From an uncultured delta proteobacterium (lineage in GTDB: Bacteria > Desulfobacterota > Desulfobacteria > Desulfobacterales > JAFDCJ01), in assembly GCA_963769935.1 (NCBI GenBank), contig CAVYNY010000009.1, forward strand, positions 315,671 to 379,670: 64,000 nucleotides of DNA. The letters run 5' to 3'. The notes under the pieces were generated by a model. It saw nothing but the letters and a program-made list of their open reading frames with translations, was not told the DNA's origin and did not search any database. A program made the translations under genes and the position numbers. Positions 33,591 through 44,267 of the stretch are shown here, one piece after another. How positions within the stretch are numbered: position 1 is the first letter of the stretch; each line of letters begins with the position of its first letter.

Positions 33591-35786
33591 TCATGTTCTG
33601 GATCGCTCAAATGTGATCATAAATTCGGTGCCCCCGGCGCTGACGACCTGCACGTCGGCGTTAAGTTGCTCAGCCAGCATCTGCACTATATGCAGGCCCA
33701 GAGTGGGGGACTGTCTCCAGTCAAGGCTATCCGGCAAGCCGATGCCGTTGTCGCCTACGCCCAGCCGCACTCGTCCTTGCGCTTCGCTGCGCAGCGAAAC
33801 GGTCACCCGGCCGTTGTCGCGGCCGGCAAAGGCATGCTTCAGCGCGTTGCTGAACAGCTCGTTTAGAATCAGCCCGCAAGGAACGGCCGTGTTCACGGGC
33901 AGCGCGACCGGTTCCAGGTCCAGCTCCAGCTCGAGGCTCGTTTCAGTCGTCTCGTGGGCATGCCGGATGTAGTTGAGCAGGCTTCGGGCGTAGTCGGCAA
34001 ATTCGATATGGGCCAGATCGGTCGACTGATACAGCTTCTCGTGCACCAGGGCCATGGAACGCACCCGGTGGGTCACATCCCTGAGTATATCCCGCAGGGC
34101 GTCATCCTGCAATTGGTTGGTCTGCAGGGACAACAAACTGGAAATGACCTGCATATTGTTCTTCACCCGATGATGAATTTCCCTAAGCAGCACTTCCTTT
34201 TCCTGCAGAGAAACGCTGAGGCGCTCCCTGCTTTCGCGCAATTCCCTTTCTTCGTTTCGTTGTTTTGTGACATCTCTGAACACCAAAACGACACCGTACA
34301 AATTACCTTCGTCATCCTGAATGGGAGCGCCGCTGTCATTAATGGGGATTTCCTTTCCCTTTTTATTAATTAGAACCGTATGATTGGCCAATCCTACAAC
34401 TTTTCCCGATTTGATGACTTCAGCGACCGGATTTTCAATCTTTATTCGTGTATGTTCGTTTATTATGGTAAAAGCCTCGTCGAGGGGTTTATTGATCACC
34501 GCTTCCATGCCGCATCCCAAAATCCGTTCCGCCACCGGATTCATAAATGTGACTGCAGCCTCCTTATCCGTTGTGATTACGCCGTCTCCGATACAAGACA
34601 ACGTGGTATACAAACGATTCCTTTCCACTCGCAGGGATTTTCCCAGTGCCATGAGCGCTGCATTTTTTTCCTGAAGTTCCTTTCTTGAAAATATCAATTT
34701 TTCGATCATGCTGGTGAAGGCTTGGTTTAGAATTTTAACCTCGGTGTAAAATGATTGGACGGGGTTGCTTTTGAACTGCTCGAGATTATCCATTTCGATT
34801 TGTTTTACATTCTCTGCCAGGTCGACCAATGGCTGTGCCGTTCTTTTTGACAACACGAAGGTAACACCAATGCCGATAAGCAATACGACGGCGCCTGCTG
34901 AGATGGAAGTCAGAATCAGAAAATAAACGGGTTTGCGTATTTCATTTTTAGAGGCCACGGCCACTACGGCAAGTGGATATCCGGAAAAAGGATGGGCTTC
35001 CAGATCAATGGATTGATAAGAAGCAGGAATGTCCGACCACTTTTGCCAGTTGCGGCTCGCCTCGATGAAATTCTGTACCTCAATCTCATCTCCGACAAGG
35101 CTTGGTGTCCAGATTTGTTGATTGCTTTTTACAAGCAGCGCAACAAACCCATTTTCCCCCACCTTGGCATCCTTGAATAATATGCTCTGAAGCTTCTCCG
35201 GATTGATTGATACAGCGAGATACTTTCCCGGTACAGGCCGTCCATTCTTAACAAACGGGCGCTTTATGAATATCAAGGTTTGCCGGGAAACAGATGAGAT
35301 TGGAAGATCAAAAGCAAAACAGGTCAAATCAGGGTCATTGAGAAGCTGCTTGAGCATTGCATCCGAATTCGAAGCTTGCAATCCTTTGAATTTGTTGGAA
35401 AGGTCGTAAGAGATCTCACCGTTATCGGTCAGCAGAATATTTTCAACCCAATTCTTATTGGTTTTTATGCGGGAAAAAAAGGTATGCAGTCCCGGAGTTG
35501 AAATAACGGCAAGTTCCGGGTTGCTGTAAAAAACGTCGACAATTGGTTGGGAAGCCCATAAATCAAGATTGATTTGACGCAGTTCAATAAAGCCGGCAAG
35601 ATTGTAGACACTTTGCTTCAGCATTTGAGAAAGCTCTCTCTGAGAGTTCTCCTTTAAGATCCTGCTGGATTTCCACGTTGTAAAAAAGGTCAATGAACAT
35701 ATAATCACAAATATCAGGGCGGTCGTTAAAAAAATCAGATGAACTTTGATGGAATTTTTATCCGAAAATATAGCTGGAATTTTCAT
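33591..35786 (-). CDS. Membrane HAMP-PAS histidine kinase, HisKA_2 type
   Basis: EIHHRVKNNMQ, ELFSNALKHAF, DNGIG; two TM helices. Confidence 0.9.
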   Translation of the reverse strand: MKIPAIFSDKNSIKVHLIFLTTALIFVIICSLTFFTTWKSSRILKENSQRELSQMLKQSVYNLAGFIELRQINLDLWASQPIVDVFYSNPELAVISTPGLHTFFSRIKTNKNWVENILLTDNGEISYDLSNKFKGLQASNSDAMLKQLLNDPDLTCFAFDLPISSVSRQTLIFIKRPFVKNGRPVPGKYLAVSINPEKLQSILFKDAKVGENGFVALLVKSNQQIWTPSLVGDEIEVQNFIEASRNWQKWSDIPASYQSIDLEAHPFSGYPLAVVAVASKNEIRKPVYFLILTSISAGAVVLLIGIGVTFVLSKRTAQPLVDLAENVKQIEMDNLEQFKSNPVQSFYTEVKILNQAFTSMIEKLIFSRKELQEKNAALMALGKSLRVERNRLYTTLSCIGDGVITTDKEAAVTFMNPVAERILGCGMEAVINKPLDEAFTIINEHTRIKIENPVAEVIKSGKVVGLANHTVLINKKGKEIPINDSGAPIQDDEGNLYGVVLVFRDVTKQRNEERELRESRERLSVSLQEKEVLLREIHHRVKNNMQVISSLLSLQTNQLQDDALRDILRDVTHRVRSMALVHEKLYQSTDLAHIEFADYARSLLNYIRHAHETTETSLELELDLEPVALPVNTAVPCGLILNELFSNALKHAFAGRDNGRVTVSLRSEAQGRVRLGVGDNGIGLPDSLDWRQSPTLGLHIVQMLAEQLNADVQVVSAGGTEFMITFERSRT

Positions 35787-35788
35787 AG

Positions 35789-36673
35789 TTAATGCTGAGT
35801 AGGCTCGGGCGTAGAAGTGACAAATAAAATGAATTCACCCAACGTCAAACCAATATATTCCTGCCAGTTTTTGTTTAACTGCGAATCCGGTGAATTTTTT
35901 TGAACTTCAAAAAAATTGTGGACCGCTTCCTGCAGGTCCTTGTCTTCTTTGCGAAAACACCAGCCGTATTCAGTTATCTCGCCTGTCGGAAAAGCAACCT
36001 TCGCATTTTTTGCAAAATTTTTGACGGCCCAAAGCGCGCCGTCTGCACCTGCAACGGCAAAATCGACTTTTCCTGAGTCCACGGCTTTGATCGCCTGTTC
36101 CTGCGGCATGAATTTTAATTTTATCGGGTCCTTTTCGAATAGGGCCTTATTTTGCTCTTCCAGCCAGTTATGAAAGGAAGTTCCTTCCATAACGGCAGCA
36201 GTTTTGCCGGCCAGATCATTTAAGCCCCTGAATTCCTCAACCCTGCTTTTATTTATGATGATTGTATTGCGGGATATAAATAAAAGAACGTACGCCATTT
36301 TTTTTTCACGCCATTCCAGCCTAACCAAATCATTGGGATAAAAATCACATTTACCCGAGGCCAGAGGTTCCGGAGTATATGTGCCTTCCTTCACGACAAC
36401 GCCTTCCTGATTGAGGAACTGATCGTTCCATTTTTCAAACCGAATATATTTTGCCTGAATATCGTTTCCAAGGTACGCTACGAAAGCCATGGCATTTTTT
36501 TGATAAAAATCCTGGCTCGATCCGGCAAGACAAATACGAATTTCTTTGCTTTCCCTGATTTCTGCCAAAGACCTTCCGTATGCCGGGGGGGCTGAATTTC
36601 CTGTCAGCTGCCAACAAATACAAGTGACGATGACAATTAAAAATATTTTTAATTGAGATTTTTCCACTGTCAC
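35789..36673 (-). CDS. Periplasmic solute-binding protein (family 3-like)
   Basis: Signal peptide; RSLAEIRES, LAGKTAAVMEGTS, GKVDFAV. Confidence 0.75.
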   Translation of the reverse strand: MTVEKSQLKIFLIVIVTCICWQLTGNSAPPAYGRSLAEIRESKEIRICLAGSSQDFYQKNAMAFVAYLGNDIQAKYIRFEKWNDQFLNQEGVVVKEGTYTPEPLASGKCDFYPNDLVRLEWREKKMAYVLLFISRNTIIINKSRVEEFRGLNDLAGKTAAVMEGTSFHNWLEEQNKALFEKDPIKLKFMPQEQAIKAVDSGKVDFAVAGADGALWAVKNFAKNAKVAFPTGEITEYGWCFRKEDKDLQEAVHNFFEVQKNSPDSQLNKNWQEYIGLTLGEFILFVTSTPEPTQH

Positions 36674-36904
36674 CCCCTTGAGGTGGTAATCGGCTTTAAA
36701 ATCGTCGCTCCGTTTTGATCATTCGGCCCGATGCCTGTTTAGTCGGGGTAAGCCGGATTTGCCCTGCCATGCAAAGTCTTTTTGCTCTTGCCATGGGCAT
36801 TCAAAACAGTTCGCTGTTTGGCACCCAAAATATCATATCGCTTCCATTTTAGTACTGTTTTCGATAATTTTGCAATTAATTTCAGTTTCTCATGTTAGAG
36901 ATTG

Positions 36905-37804
36905 TTATGATTTTACGGGCGTCTCGCAATGCAGGAAAGCGTCTTTTTCGAGTTCCATGGGTGTCACCGGCTCTCCATAAAAATCAAAGGGCGGCCGAAT
37001 TTGTTTGCCGCCCAGCTTTTCTATGATTCCTACGGTCACGTCTCTCGCTTCTATTATGATTTTGTCGGCAGCACCGGCGAATAATCCTGTGATTGATTCA
37101 ATCGCCATGCTTTTTCCGATTCCGAGACCACGAAATTCTTTATCTACTGCAAATCGCCCCCAGTGCCACTGCCCGGATTCCTTCCATGCTGCCACGACAC
37201 CAATCACCTCCTCGCCGACCCTGACACACCACCATTTCGGACTTTTGTCTTCCGATATTGGTACAAGATGCCCTGGAATATTCTGCTCATTTGAAAAAGT
37301 TTGTACGAGCAATTCCATTGCCGAATCGAAATAGGCATCCCGCAGGGGTTCAATTCGCACTCTTTTGAGGTTTGTCGCGAGATTACTGCGAAGAGCGGAT
37401 AAGCGTAAGAGCCTCAATGCGTCGTATATCTTTATCCACGAATTTTCGTCACAGCCGGCGAGGAGACTATCAACCGTACTGTTGGCAGATTGCTCGGCAC
37501 GGCTTAGAGCCGAATTTCCCGCTGGCAGAATTTGGACGTTCTTGGTCCTTTTGTCGTCACTATTACTCACGATGCGGAGGTATTCTCTTTTGCGCAGAGC
37601 AGTCAGCGTCCTGCTGAGTGATGCCTTGTCAAGGCCAAGCTGCATTTGCAGCTCCGCAAAAGGCGTCGACCCATTCTTGCTTATATAGGTAAGGATATGT
37701 GCTTGGCTGAGTGTCATTCCCGAATTCAGGCAATTCCTGTTCAGCAAGCCTAATTCGCGTACCAAATGCCGCAGTTCCGTCCTTATCCGTGCAGTCGGTG
37801 TCAT
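36905..37804 (-). CDS. MarR-HTH / GNAT acetyltransferase fusion
   Basis: LDKASLSR..DKR wing; GRFAVDKEFRGLGIG acetyl-CoA motif. Confidence 0.85.
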   Translation of the reverse strand: MTPTARIRTELRHLVRELGLLNRNCLNSGMTLSQAHILTYISKNGSTPFAELQMQLGLDKASLSRTLTALRKREYLRIVSNSDDKRTKNVQILPAGNSALSRAEQSANSTVDSLLAGCDENSWIKIYDALRLLRLSALRSNLATNLKRVRIEPLRDAYFDSAMELLVQTFSNEQNIPGHLVPISEDKSPKWWCVRVGEEVIGVVAAWKESGQWHWGRFAVDKEFRGLGIGKSMAIESITGLFAGAADKIIIEARDVTVGIIEKLGGKQIRPPFDFYGEPVTPMELEKDAFLHCETPVKS

Positions 37805-37852
37805 GACGATACTCCTGTCCGGTTTTCAACTGCGCATGTGTTACACCACACT

Positions 37853-37867
37853 GTTGATACAATCAAC
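37853..37867. promoter_or_regulatory. Probable MarR autoregulatory operator
   Basis: GTTGAT-N3-ATCAAC palindrome about 50 bp upstream of the gene. Confidence 0.55.
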
Positions 37868-37892
37868 TATAATTTTAGGGGCCATTCGATCA

Positions 37893-38867
37893 TCAGATAA
37901 ACGTCCGGGAAGCTTTCTTGAGTAAATCAAGCAGATCGAATACGCGCGCATAGTATTGGTCGCGAATCTTCAGCCGGGATTCTTCATTTCCTCTTAATTG
38001 CCCCTCCAGGCTGTCAATTAATCTGAGCAGTCTTCGTTTGTGAATGCCGAGTCTGGATTGGACGGGATCCGTAACAATACCGGAAAACGAGGTGAGTACA
38101 GCCAAGGCCATTACAACCGCACCGGTGGAGGCAACAAGGAGACCGGTTGAGGCGGCGGCCGGAAAAACGGTATAGTAAAAGCCTCCCAGGGTGGGGCCGA
38201 GGATAAAATTGGAAACGGCTATTTGTTGAGCAATTACGGCTGCCAGTGTGCTGCCGGCCGTTAAAGATCCCGGTGTTATTTGGCCGAACGCCGCAACCCC
38301 GGTCGACAACGCGATAATATTGCCGGCCAGATCAGCGGCGGCTGTTCTGCTTTTGGAGTATTCGGTCAGATTTTTTTCCAGGGCAGCCTTATAGCGGGGA
38401 TTTTTTGATTTAGAATATATTCTTGCAAGTTCGTTCGTAAACAAGGACGCAATTTGCGGCTGATCGAGAATCTCAGCCAACAAGGCATCTTTATGAGATG
38501 TGCGGCCTTTCTGAGAGTAGGGCAGCTCAAGCAGGTCGGTAAAAATCAACCAGTTGATTTCTTTTTGAACCCTGGTTTCAATACCGGGCGGTATTCCATC
38601 GATCCGGCGCGGAATTTTATCCAGCCCAAGCTTCTTTAATAATGCTGATGATACCTTCAGGCTCAGGTATGGGACACTCCATGCCACATTCAAAGGCACC
38701 TTGTAAAGGTCGGCGCCGAATGCTTTTTTATTCAGATGCAAAGCGCCTCTGAATGAAAAATACTTCCTGATGAATTCCGGCACCCTTTCTTTGCGTGAAC
38801 GGATATAATTGGCAATGGCCCTGTCAAAAGCCAATTGGCTGCCTTCATCCGTATCTTTGGCTTTCAT
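37893..38867 (-). CDS. Hypothetical membrane-associated protein (DUF6635-like)
   Basis: 324-aa ORF with Gly/Ala-rich hydrophobic region; DPVQSRLGIHKRRL; family name recalled, not searched. Confidence 0.6.
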   Translation of the reverse strand: MKAKDTDEGSQLAFDRAIANYIRSRKERVPEFIRKYFSFRGALHLNKKAFGADLYKVPLNVAWSVPYLSLKVSSALLKKLGLDKIPRRIDGIPPGIETRVQKEINWLIFTDLLELPYSQKGRTSHKDALLAEILDQPQIASLFTNELARIYSKSKNPRYKAALEKNLTEYSKSRTAAADLAGNIIALSTGVAAFGQITPGSLTAGSTLAAVIAQQIAVSNFILGPTLGGFYYTVFPAAASTGLLVASTGAVVMALAVLTSFSGIVTDPVQSRLGIHKRRLLRLIDSLEGQLRGNEESRLKIRDQYYARVFDLLDLLKKASRTFI

Positions 38868-38871
38868 TACA

Positions 38872-39462
38872 TCAAACCTTTGATCTTAGAAGTTTGATTC
38901 CCTCCTCGCGCGCCTGGAGGATTCGCTTGATATCAACGCCCTTCAGCTCCTTGCGCAAAAGGATGCGATCCTTCAAAGCTTTTCGATACCGCAGGTATTC
39001 ATCCTTCGCCGAAATGTTGGGTGTGACGGTTTCCGTATGAAGGAACCGGTCTACCGGCCGGTTCTTCCCGTTGTCATTTCCTTCCGTCAAATCGACCCGA
39101 TAATCCTGGAAGCCCAGGAAGCAGTGCACCATCGGCACATAAGGCAGGTTGAATTTATCGAGAATATCCGTTGTACCGGTGACGATATCTTCGGTCATCC
39201 CGTAGATGCCGATGTTCTTGACGATCGGCAGAGCTAATTCCTCGGCCAAGGTAGCAATTACCGCATGTTTGGTCGTGCAGCTTCCCCGGCCCTCTTTGAA
39301 TAAAATCAAAAGGTCGTCACGGTCGCTGTTGTAACCATAAGGGAGTTGATGGACGTGCCGGCATGCGTCGATAAAACCCGTGACCCCCATTCGTAAAAAT
39401 TCCTTGGAAATCACCCCCGGACCGCTGATACCGGCAGCCGGCAGGATATCGTAACTATCCAA
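38872..39462 (-). CDS. Hypothetical protein with transglutaminase-like Cys motif
   Basis: LPYGYN...GRGSCTTKH, later H and D (VHCFL, RVDLT). Confidence 0.6.
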   Translation of the reverse strand: MDSYDILPAAGISGPGVISKEFLRMGVTGFIDACRHVHQLPYGYNSDRDDLLILFKEGRGSCTTKHAVIATLAEELALPIVKNIGIYGMTEDIVTGTTDILDKFNLPYVPMVHCFLGFQDYRVDLTEGNDNGKNRPVDRFLHTETVTPNISAKDEYLRYRKALKDRILLRKELKGVDIKRILQAREEGIKLLRSKV

Positions 39463-39560
39463 TATTATAAATCCTTTATTATAGATCCTTGTCAGACTTA
39501 GAAAAAACTTGAATCATACTGTCAGAAAATATAAGACAAAACCGCATTGAATTCAAATTT

Positions 39561-39929
39561 TTGAATACAGAACTAACATTAATAGAGGAAACACTCGCTC
39601 AGCGTGAGGTATGCAACCCCAAGAGTCTAAATAAACCTATGGTAAAGAAGCTTAAATCCGGACCGTTGGGCGGCGATCAGCAACTTGGTTCTATGATTAC
39701 AGAAGGCTTGATCGATGTTATGATATTTTTCTGGGACCCAATGCAGCCGCATCCACACGATGTTGATGTTAAAGCACTTTTACGAATTGCGGTTGTTTAT
39801 AATATCCCGATCGCCTGTAACCGATCGACAGCCGATTTTATGATCTCCTCACCATTGATGAAAGATAAATATGAACCGGTTCTGAACGATTATTCAAAGC
39901 ACATGGAAAGGGAGTTAACGACGGACTAA
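39561..39929 (+). pseudogene. mgsA: Methylglyoxal synthase, 5'-truncated
   Basis: [30 protein letters not shown] present; N-terminal AHD and ATGTTG motifs absent. Confidence 0.75.
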
Positions 39930-40396
39930 AAATCCGTATTCGGCATCATCTCGAAATTTTTGCAGGCAATCAGGTAACGATAACCATATTCAATTACCGG
40001 CTCCTTGCGCTGATTTGTAACATTGCACTTGATTGAAGCAAACCCACGGTCTGGTTTACTCCGTGATCTTCGCAACTCCGTCCACCAGGCATTTACGGAA
40101 AGAACGTCGCCAGGCCGGACCGGATTGAACATTTTGGCCTCATGCATACCGACCCCGCTTAGGATTGCGACATTCCCCTGGGCCTCAACAATCGCCCGGG
40201 TGCAGGCTGAGAGAGTATGAAGGGAAGATGCAACCAATCCGCCAAAAAGAGATTCACTCGCCGCGATTTCATCAATATGGAATAGTTGAGGATCAAATTT
40301 TTTCCCGAAATCGATAATAGCCTCGCGCGTCATTACGACAGGTTGACAATGTAGATGTTCTCCATCCTTCAAATCATCGAAATATCTCTTTTTCAT
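39926..40396 (-). CDS. MaoC-like dehydratase
   Basis: [26 protein letters not shown]. Confidence 0.85.
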   Translation of the reverse strand: MKKRYFDDLKDGEHLHCQPVVMTREAIIDFGKKFDPQLFHIDEIAASESLFGGLVASSLHTLSACTRAIVEAQGNVAILSGVGMHEAKMFNPVRPGDVLSVNAWWTELRRSRSKPDRGFASIKCNVTNQRKEPVIEYGYRYLIACKNFEMMPNTDF

Positions 40397-40494
40397 AATG
40401 AACGTTTAAACTATCTCAGATATTTGAAAACGCGCGTTCCCCCCCAAAACCGAGTTCATCACATGGTTCGGCTTTCAACGCTATTTTTTCACCC

Positions 40495-41592
40495 CTACTC
40501 AAATATCGTTTTGAGCCGTCTTTCTTTCTCAAACCGCTCAAGAGCCAACTGGATCAATCTATCAATTAACCCGGTGTATGAAATACCACTGGCCTCCCAA
40601 AGCCTCGGATACATGCTTATGGCCGTAAATCCCGGAATGGTATTGATTTCGTTGACCACGATCTTGTTGTTGGTTTTGAGGAAAAAATCAACTCTCCCCA
40701 ATCCCTCGCAAGATAATGTCTTGAAGGTATCGATTGCCAATTGTTGAATCCGTTTGGTGATTTCCCCGGATACTTTAGCCGGAATCTCCAGAAGGGCTCC
40801 TTTCTCATCAATATACTTGGCTTCGTAGGAATAAAATTCATGGGTTGGAACGACCTCCCCTGGAACCGAAGCCATAGGATTATCATTTCCCAGAACAGAG
40901 CACTCAAGCTCTCTTCCTTCGATATGCTGTTCGATCAGAATCTTATTATCATATTCAAATGCGAGTCCAACGGCGCTATCATATTCTGATTTTTTTCTTA
41001 CTTTACTCACACCGACGGACGATCCAAGATTGGCCGGCTTTACAAAAAACGGGGTCCCCAACTTCTCTACGATAGATTTGTAAGGCGGCAAATCCTCGTT
41101 CACTTTCAAAGCGATAAATTTGGGAATCGGTATTTTGGCATCCCGCAATAAACGCTTCATAACATCTTTATCCATTCCAACCGCCGACCCTAAAACACCT
41201 GCACCCACAAATGGAACGCCGGCCAGCTTTAATAAACCCTGAACCGTCCCGTCTTCACCGAATGGACCATGTAGAATGGGGAAAACCACATCGACGCTCC
41301 CCTTGAAATCGGATTTGGCAAGATTAGAAAGCTTCCCATTATTTTGGGGGATCAATGCCACGCGATCGCCGGAGCGATTCAGCTTGATTTGCTTGGGGTT
41401 GTTGGAATGCAGAAGGAAGTTTGAGCTTTTATTCAAAAGCCATCTGCCTGATTTGTCGATACCGATCAGGATGGGATTATATTTTTCCTTATCGATGGCA
41501 TCAATCACATTCTTGGCTGATTGAAGAGATACTTCATGCTCGGCCGACTTCCCGCCAAATATTATACCGACATTAATCTTGTTCCTCTTCAT
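40495..41592 (-). CDS. ddlA: D-alanine--D-alanine ligase (DdlA type)
   Basis: GGKSAEHEVS, HGPFGEDG, GSSVG, FYSYEAKY, NEINTIPG. Confidence 0.95.
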   Translation of the reverse strand: MKRNKINVGIIFGGKSAEHEVSLQSAKNVIDAIDKEKYNPILIGIDKSGRWLLNKSSNFLLHSNNPKQIKLNRSGDRVALIPQNNGKLSNLAKSDFKGSVDVVFPILHGPFGEDGTVQGLLKLAGVPFVGAGVLGSAVGMDKDVMKRLLRDAKIPIPKFIALKVNEDLPPYKSIVEKLGTPFFVKPANLGSSVGVSKVRKKSEYDSAVGLAFEYDNKILIEQHIEGRELECSVLGNDNPMASVPGEVVPTHEFYSYEAKYIDEKGALLEIPAKVSGEITKRIQQLAIDTFKTLSCEGLGRVDFFLKTNNKIVVNEINTIPGFTAISMYPRLWEASGISYTGLIDRLIQLALERFEKERRLKTIFE

Positions 41593-42373
41593 AACTGATT
41601 CTCCTTATTAGAACCTGAGAAAAGTTGAGGTCTTGACATATGAAAAAGCACCGGCATAGTCCGACCGGCTGTGAAAACGCATGTTAAGCATTTTCCTCAA
41701 GTATCCAATCCAAGGTCGAAAATTCAGTCTTGATGTGTTGAATCGTCTGTTGAGCAACTTCATCTCCCGCCTTGGCCCTCACCCCATCAATAAAAGTCTG
41801 TAAAAAACCGACGGATTCCCAAAGCTGTATTCTATTCAGCCATTGGTTAGCTTAAAATGCAAGTTGTTTTTTTGAACGATATAACTTCGAGAAAAAAAAA
41901 GGAATATTGCGGACGCCAACAATTTAACACCAGTTACTATTCGCAACCGAAGTCCCACCTCGTCAGCAGCATCACACAATGACTCATGTTCTAAAGGTTT
42001 AGTAACAAAAGGAACAAATAAAATTTCAAATGACTTGGCAGCTTTGCGGTGATTGTCGGCACCAAGACCCTCAAAAACCGCCCAGATAGCCAATGCCGGT
42101 TGATTTTTTTGTTAGACATTTTTTTGAGAACTTTTAGCTCGGCCGACCGCATCCGATTGAACACACGCCATCTCATACAGCATTGTTGCACCAACAAGAG
42201 CAGTATTCCCGGTGGGGTCATTGACCCCGGTTTATAATCATGGCAAAATAGTAACATTACTTTTGAGACTGTTCAAGGTTTGAAACGCTTTTGTAACCCA
42301 GCTTGTTTGCAAGAGGCAGTGTGGAAAAGCTGGCAGTAGTTTGAAGTTAGTCAACAGTAGTGGAATTATATAG

Positions 42374-42761
42374 ATGAGGATATTCAAGGGATTTTTGTGC
42401 GTCTTAATCTTTTTTGACTGTACTTGAGTGCAGTAGCGTTCCTCCGAAGAGGGATTCAAATTGGATTGGGTACACCGAGTCGGGAAAGGCCTCCTATTAT
42501 GCAATGAAGTTCCATTTAAAGAAAACAGCGAGCGGTGAACTTTATGATAAAACCAAAAAAACTGCTGCTCACAAGAAATTACCGTTTGGAACAAAAGTTA
42601 AAGTCATAAATATAAAAAACCGTAAGAGCGTCATAGTAATCATCAATGATAGAGGGCCATTTGTGAAAGGTCGAATCGTTGATTTATCAGATTCAGCATT
42701 TAGCAGCATTGCTAATTTAAATGCTGGTGTTATTGAAGTAAAAATTGAGGTCATCGAATAG
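42374..42761 (+). CDS. rlpA: RlpA-family septal lytic transglycosylase (homopolymer frameshift near 42410)
   Basis: GKASYY, TAAHKKLPFGT, INDRGPF, DLS; signal peptide restored from ATG at 42374 if one T is removed. Confidence 0.85.
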
Positions 42762-42766
42762 CTGCG

Positions 42767-42991
42767 CTATATATCAGGGGCATCATCCGGACAGACGCTT
42801 GACCATTTGCTTACTCTTACGTAGCCTTTTCGGCGTTCGCTCTCCTGCCTTCGATCTTTGCCACTTCGTCTTTCTACTCCGCCATTTTCAAAATAATCTG
42901 CATTGTAGATTTCTCGCCTATCCTCCCCGGAACGGCGATCAAGGTATGGATCGCTTACTCTTGCATCTCCCAAAGTCTTAACGATTTCCAC
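42767..42991 (-). CDS. Small protein with repeated (D/E)RR motifs
   Basis: DRRSGEDRR..ERRSGKDRRQESERR..WSSV. Confidence 0.6.
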   Translation of the reverse strand: MEIVKTLGDARVSDPYLDRRSGEDRREIYNADYFENGGVERRSGKDRRQESERRKGYVRVSKWSSVCPDDAPDI

Positions 42992-43442
42992 TTCTTAGTC
43001 ACTCCAGTCTTTATCTTTTGTAATGCGACCCGATTATTTTTGACATCTTCTTGTGCATAGGCATGCAAAATTCATGCAAATTTTGGTGGTTAAAGAAGGC
43101 TAAGGAATAACAGGAAGATATGTACCTATCAGGATAAGTTCTGGAGACCCGGTGTGAAGTAAATTTCATAAAGCTTGGGAACTCTATTTCACATTTAGCA
43201 GATCTTTGTAATGTAAGGCAGAAGAGGGAAAATGGGACCAAAGCTTGAACGGTGAATAGCAGTTAGCATTTTGTGCAAGCAACAATTCTCTCCGGAGCCG
43301 AAAAAGAGACCCAAGATTTTCTGCTCGATGGTATCTTGAAAACCGGTCAATTAAAGAATTAAAATATTTGAGCAACAACCCGTTAAATATTAATTTTCGA
43401 TTACGAATATTTAATGGGTGACCCTTTGCTCTTCTCATCGTA

Positions 43443-43940
43443 TCAACGAATGCGCTCAGGCAGCCGGTTGCGGCGAGGCAGCGGCGTCACAATATCTTCT
43501 CCTTCTTGTGCACGCCGCTCGTATTGACGGACCTGTTCGCGGTCTCGGACATACGGATCCACGATAACACCTTCGGCAGTGTCATCGGATTCGGAAGAGT
43601 CGTTCTGAACTACCGGGGATTCCGGTTGGCTTCCTGCCTGCTGATCGGTCTGTGATGCTTGCTGTTCCGAATCTTGGTTCAGGACCACTTGCTGTTCCTG
43701 CATGTTATTTTGATCGGCCGCTTCATCATATGGGATCGCCTCTTGTTCATTAACAATTTTTACGCCCGGCGGCGGCGGTTCATTGGTAAAATGCTTCACT
43801 CCGTCTTTGTCAATCCATTGATAGATTTGACCAGCTTCGAGGGATGTCCACAGGCAAAACGCCGAGAATAATAAAATTAAAGGTATCAGTCTTTTCATAT
43901 TCTTCAACTCCTTACCATAATTAGACAGGAAAACTAACAC
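43443..43940 (-). CDS. DUF4124 domain exported protein
   Basis: Signal peptide then IYQWIDKDGVKHFTNEPP; true start probably MKRL near 43898. Confidence 0.8.
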   Translation of the reverse strand: MLVFLSNYGKELKNMKRLIPLILLFSAFCLWTSLEAGQIYQWIDKDGVKHFTNEPPPPGVKIVNEQEAIPYDEAADQNNMQEQQVVLNQDSEQQASQTDQQAGSQPESPVVQNDSSESDDTAEGVIVDPYVRDREQVRQYERRAQEGEDIVTPLPRRNRLPERIR

Positions 43941-44267
43941 GCCATAGGTCGGTGACCATCCCTCATAATCGTACTGGGGTGGATCGCCGTCGTGGTCGGA
44001 AGGGATTGTAGCAAGCTTGGCTCAGTCCAATGTTGTGAAATATAAATTAGGGTTACCGACCGCAACTGTCAATCCTCACGCATGAAATACGATGTCAATT
44101 CTTCGCAGGCGTCAAACGGATGATGATACGATGCATGTCACCGGGGGCATATGTCTTCGCTGAAGCTACGCCGCACAAGTCTATTCTGGCTTTACGGGGC
44201 AGGCGTTTATTCATCAAATCTCAATAACCATTCAAACATAGAAATAGAACGGATGTCCCCATGGTCC

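Noticed and set aside
40495..41592. VanA-like D-Ala-D-Lac ligase
   Set aside because: The omega loop FYSYEAKY is the D-Ala-D-Ala type, and there are no vanH/vanX neighbours
41836..42257. Short minus-strand ORFs
   Set aside because: Fragmented, with no recognisable family; possibly a decayed gene but not supportable
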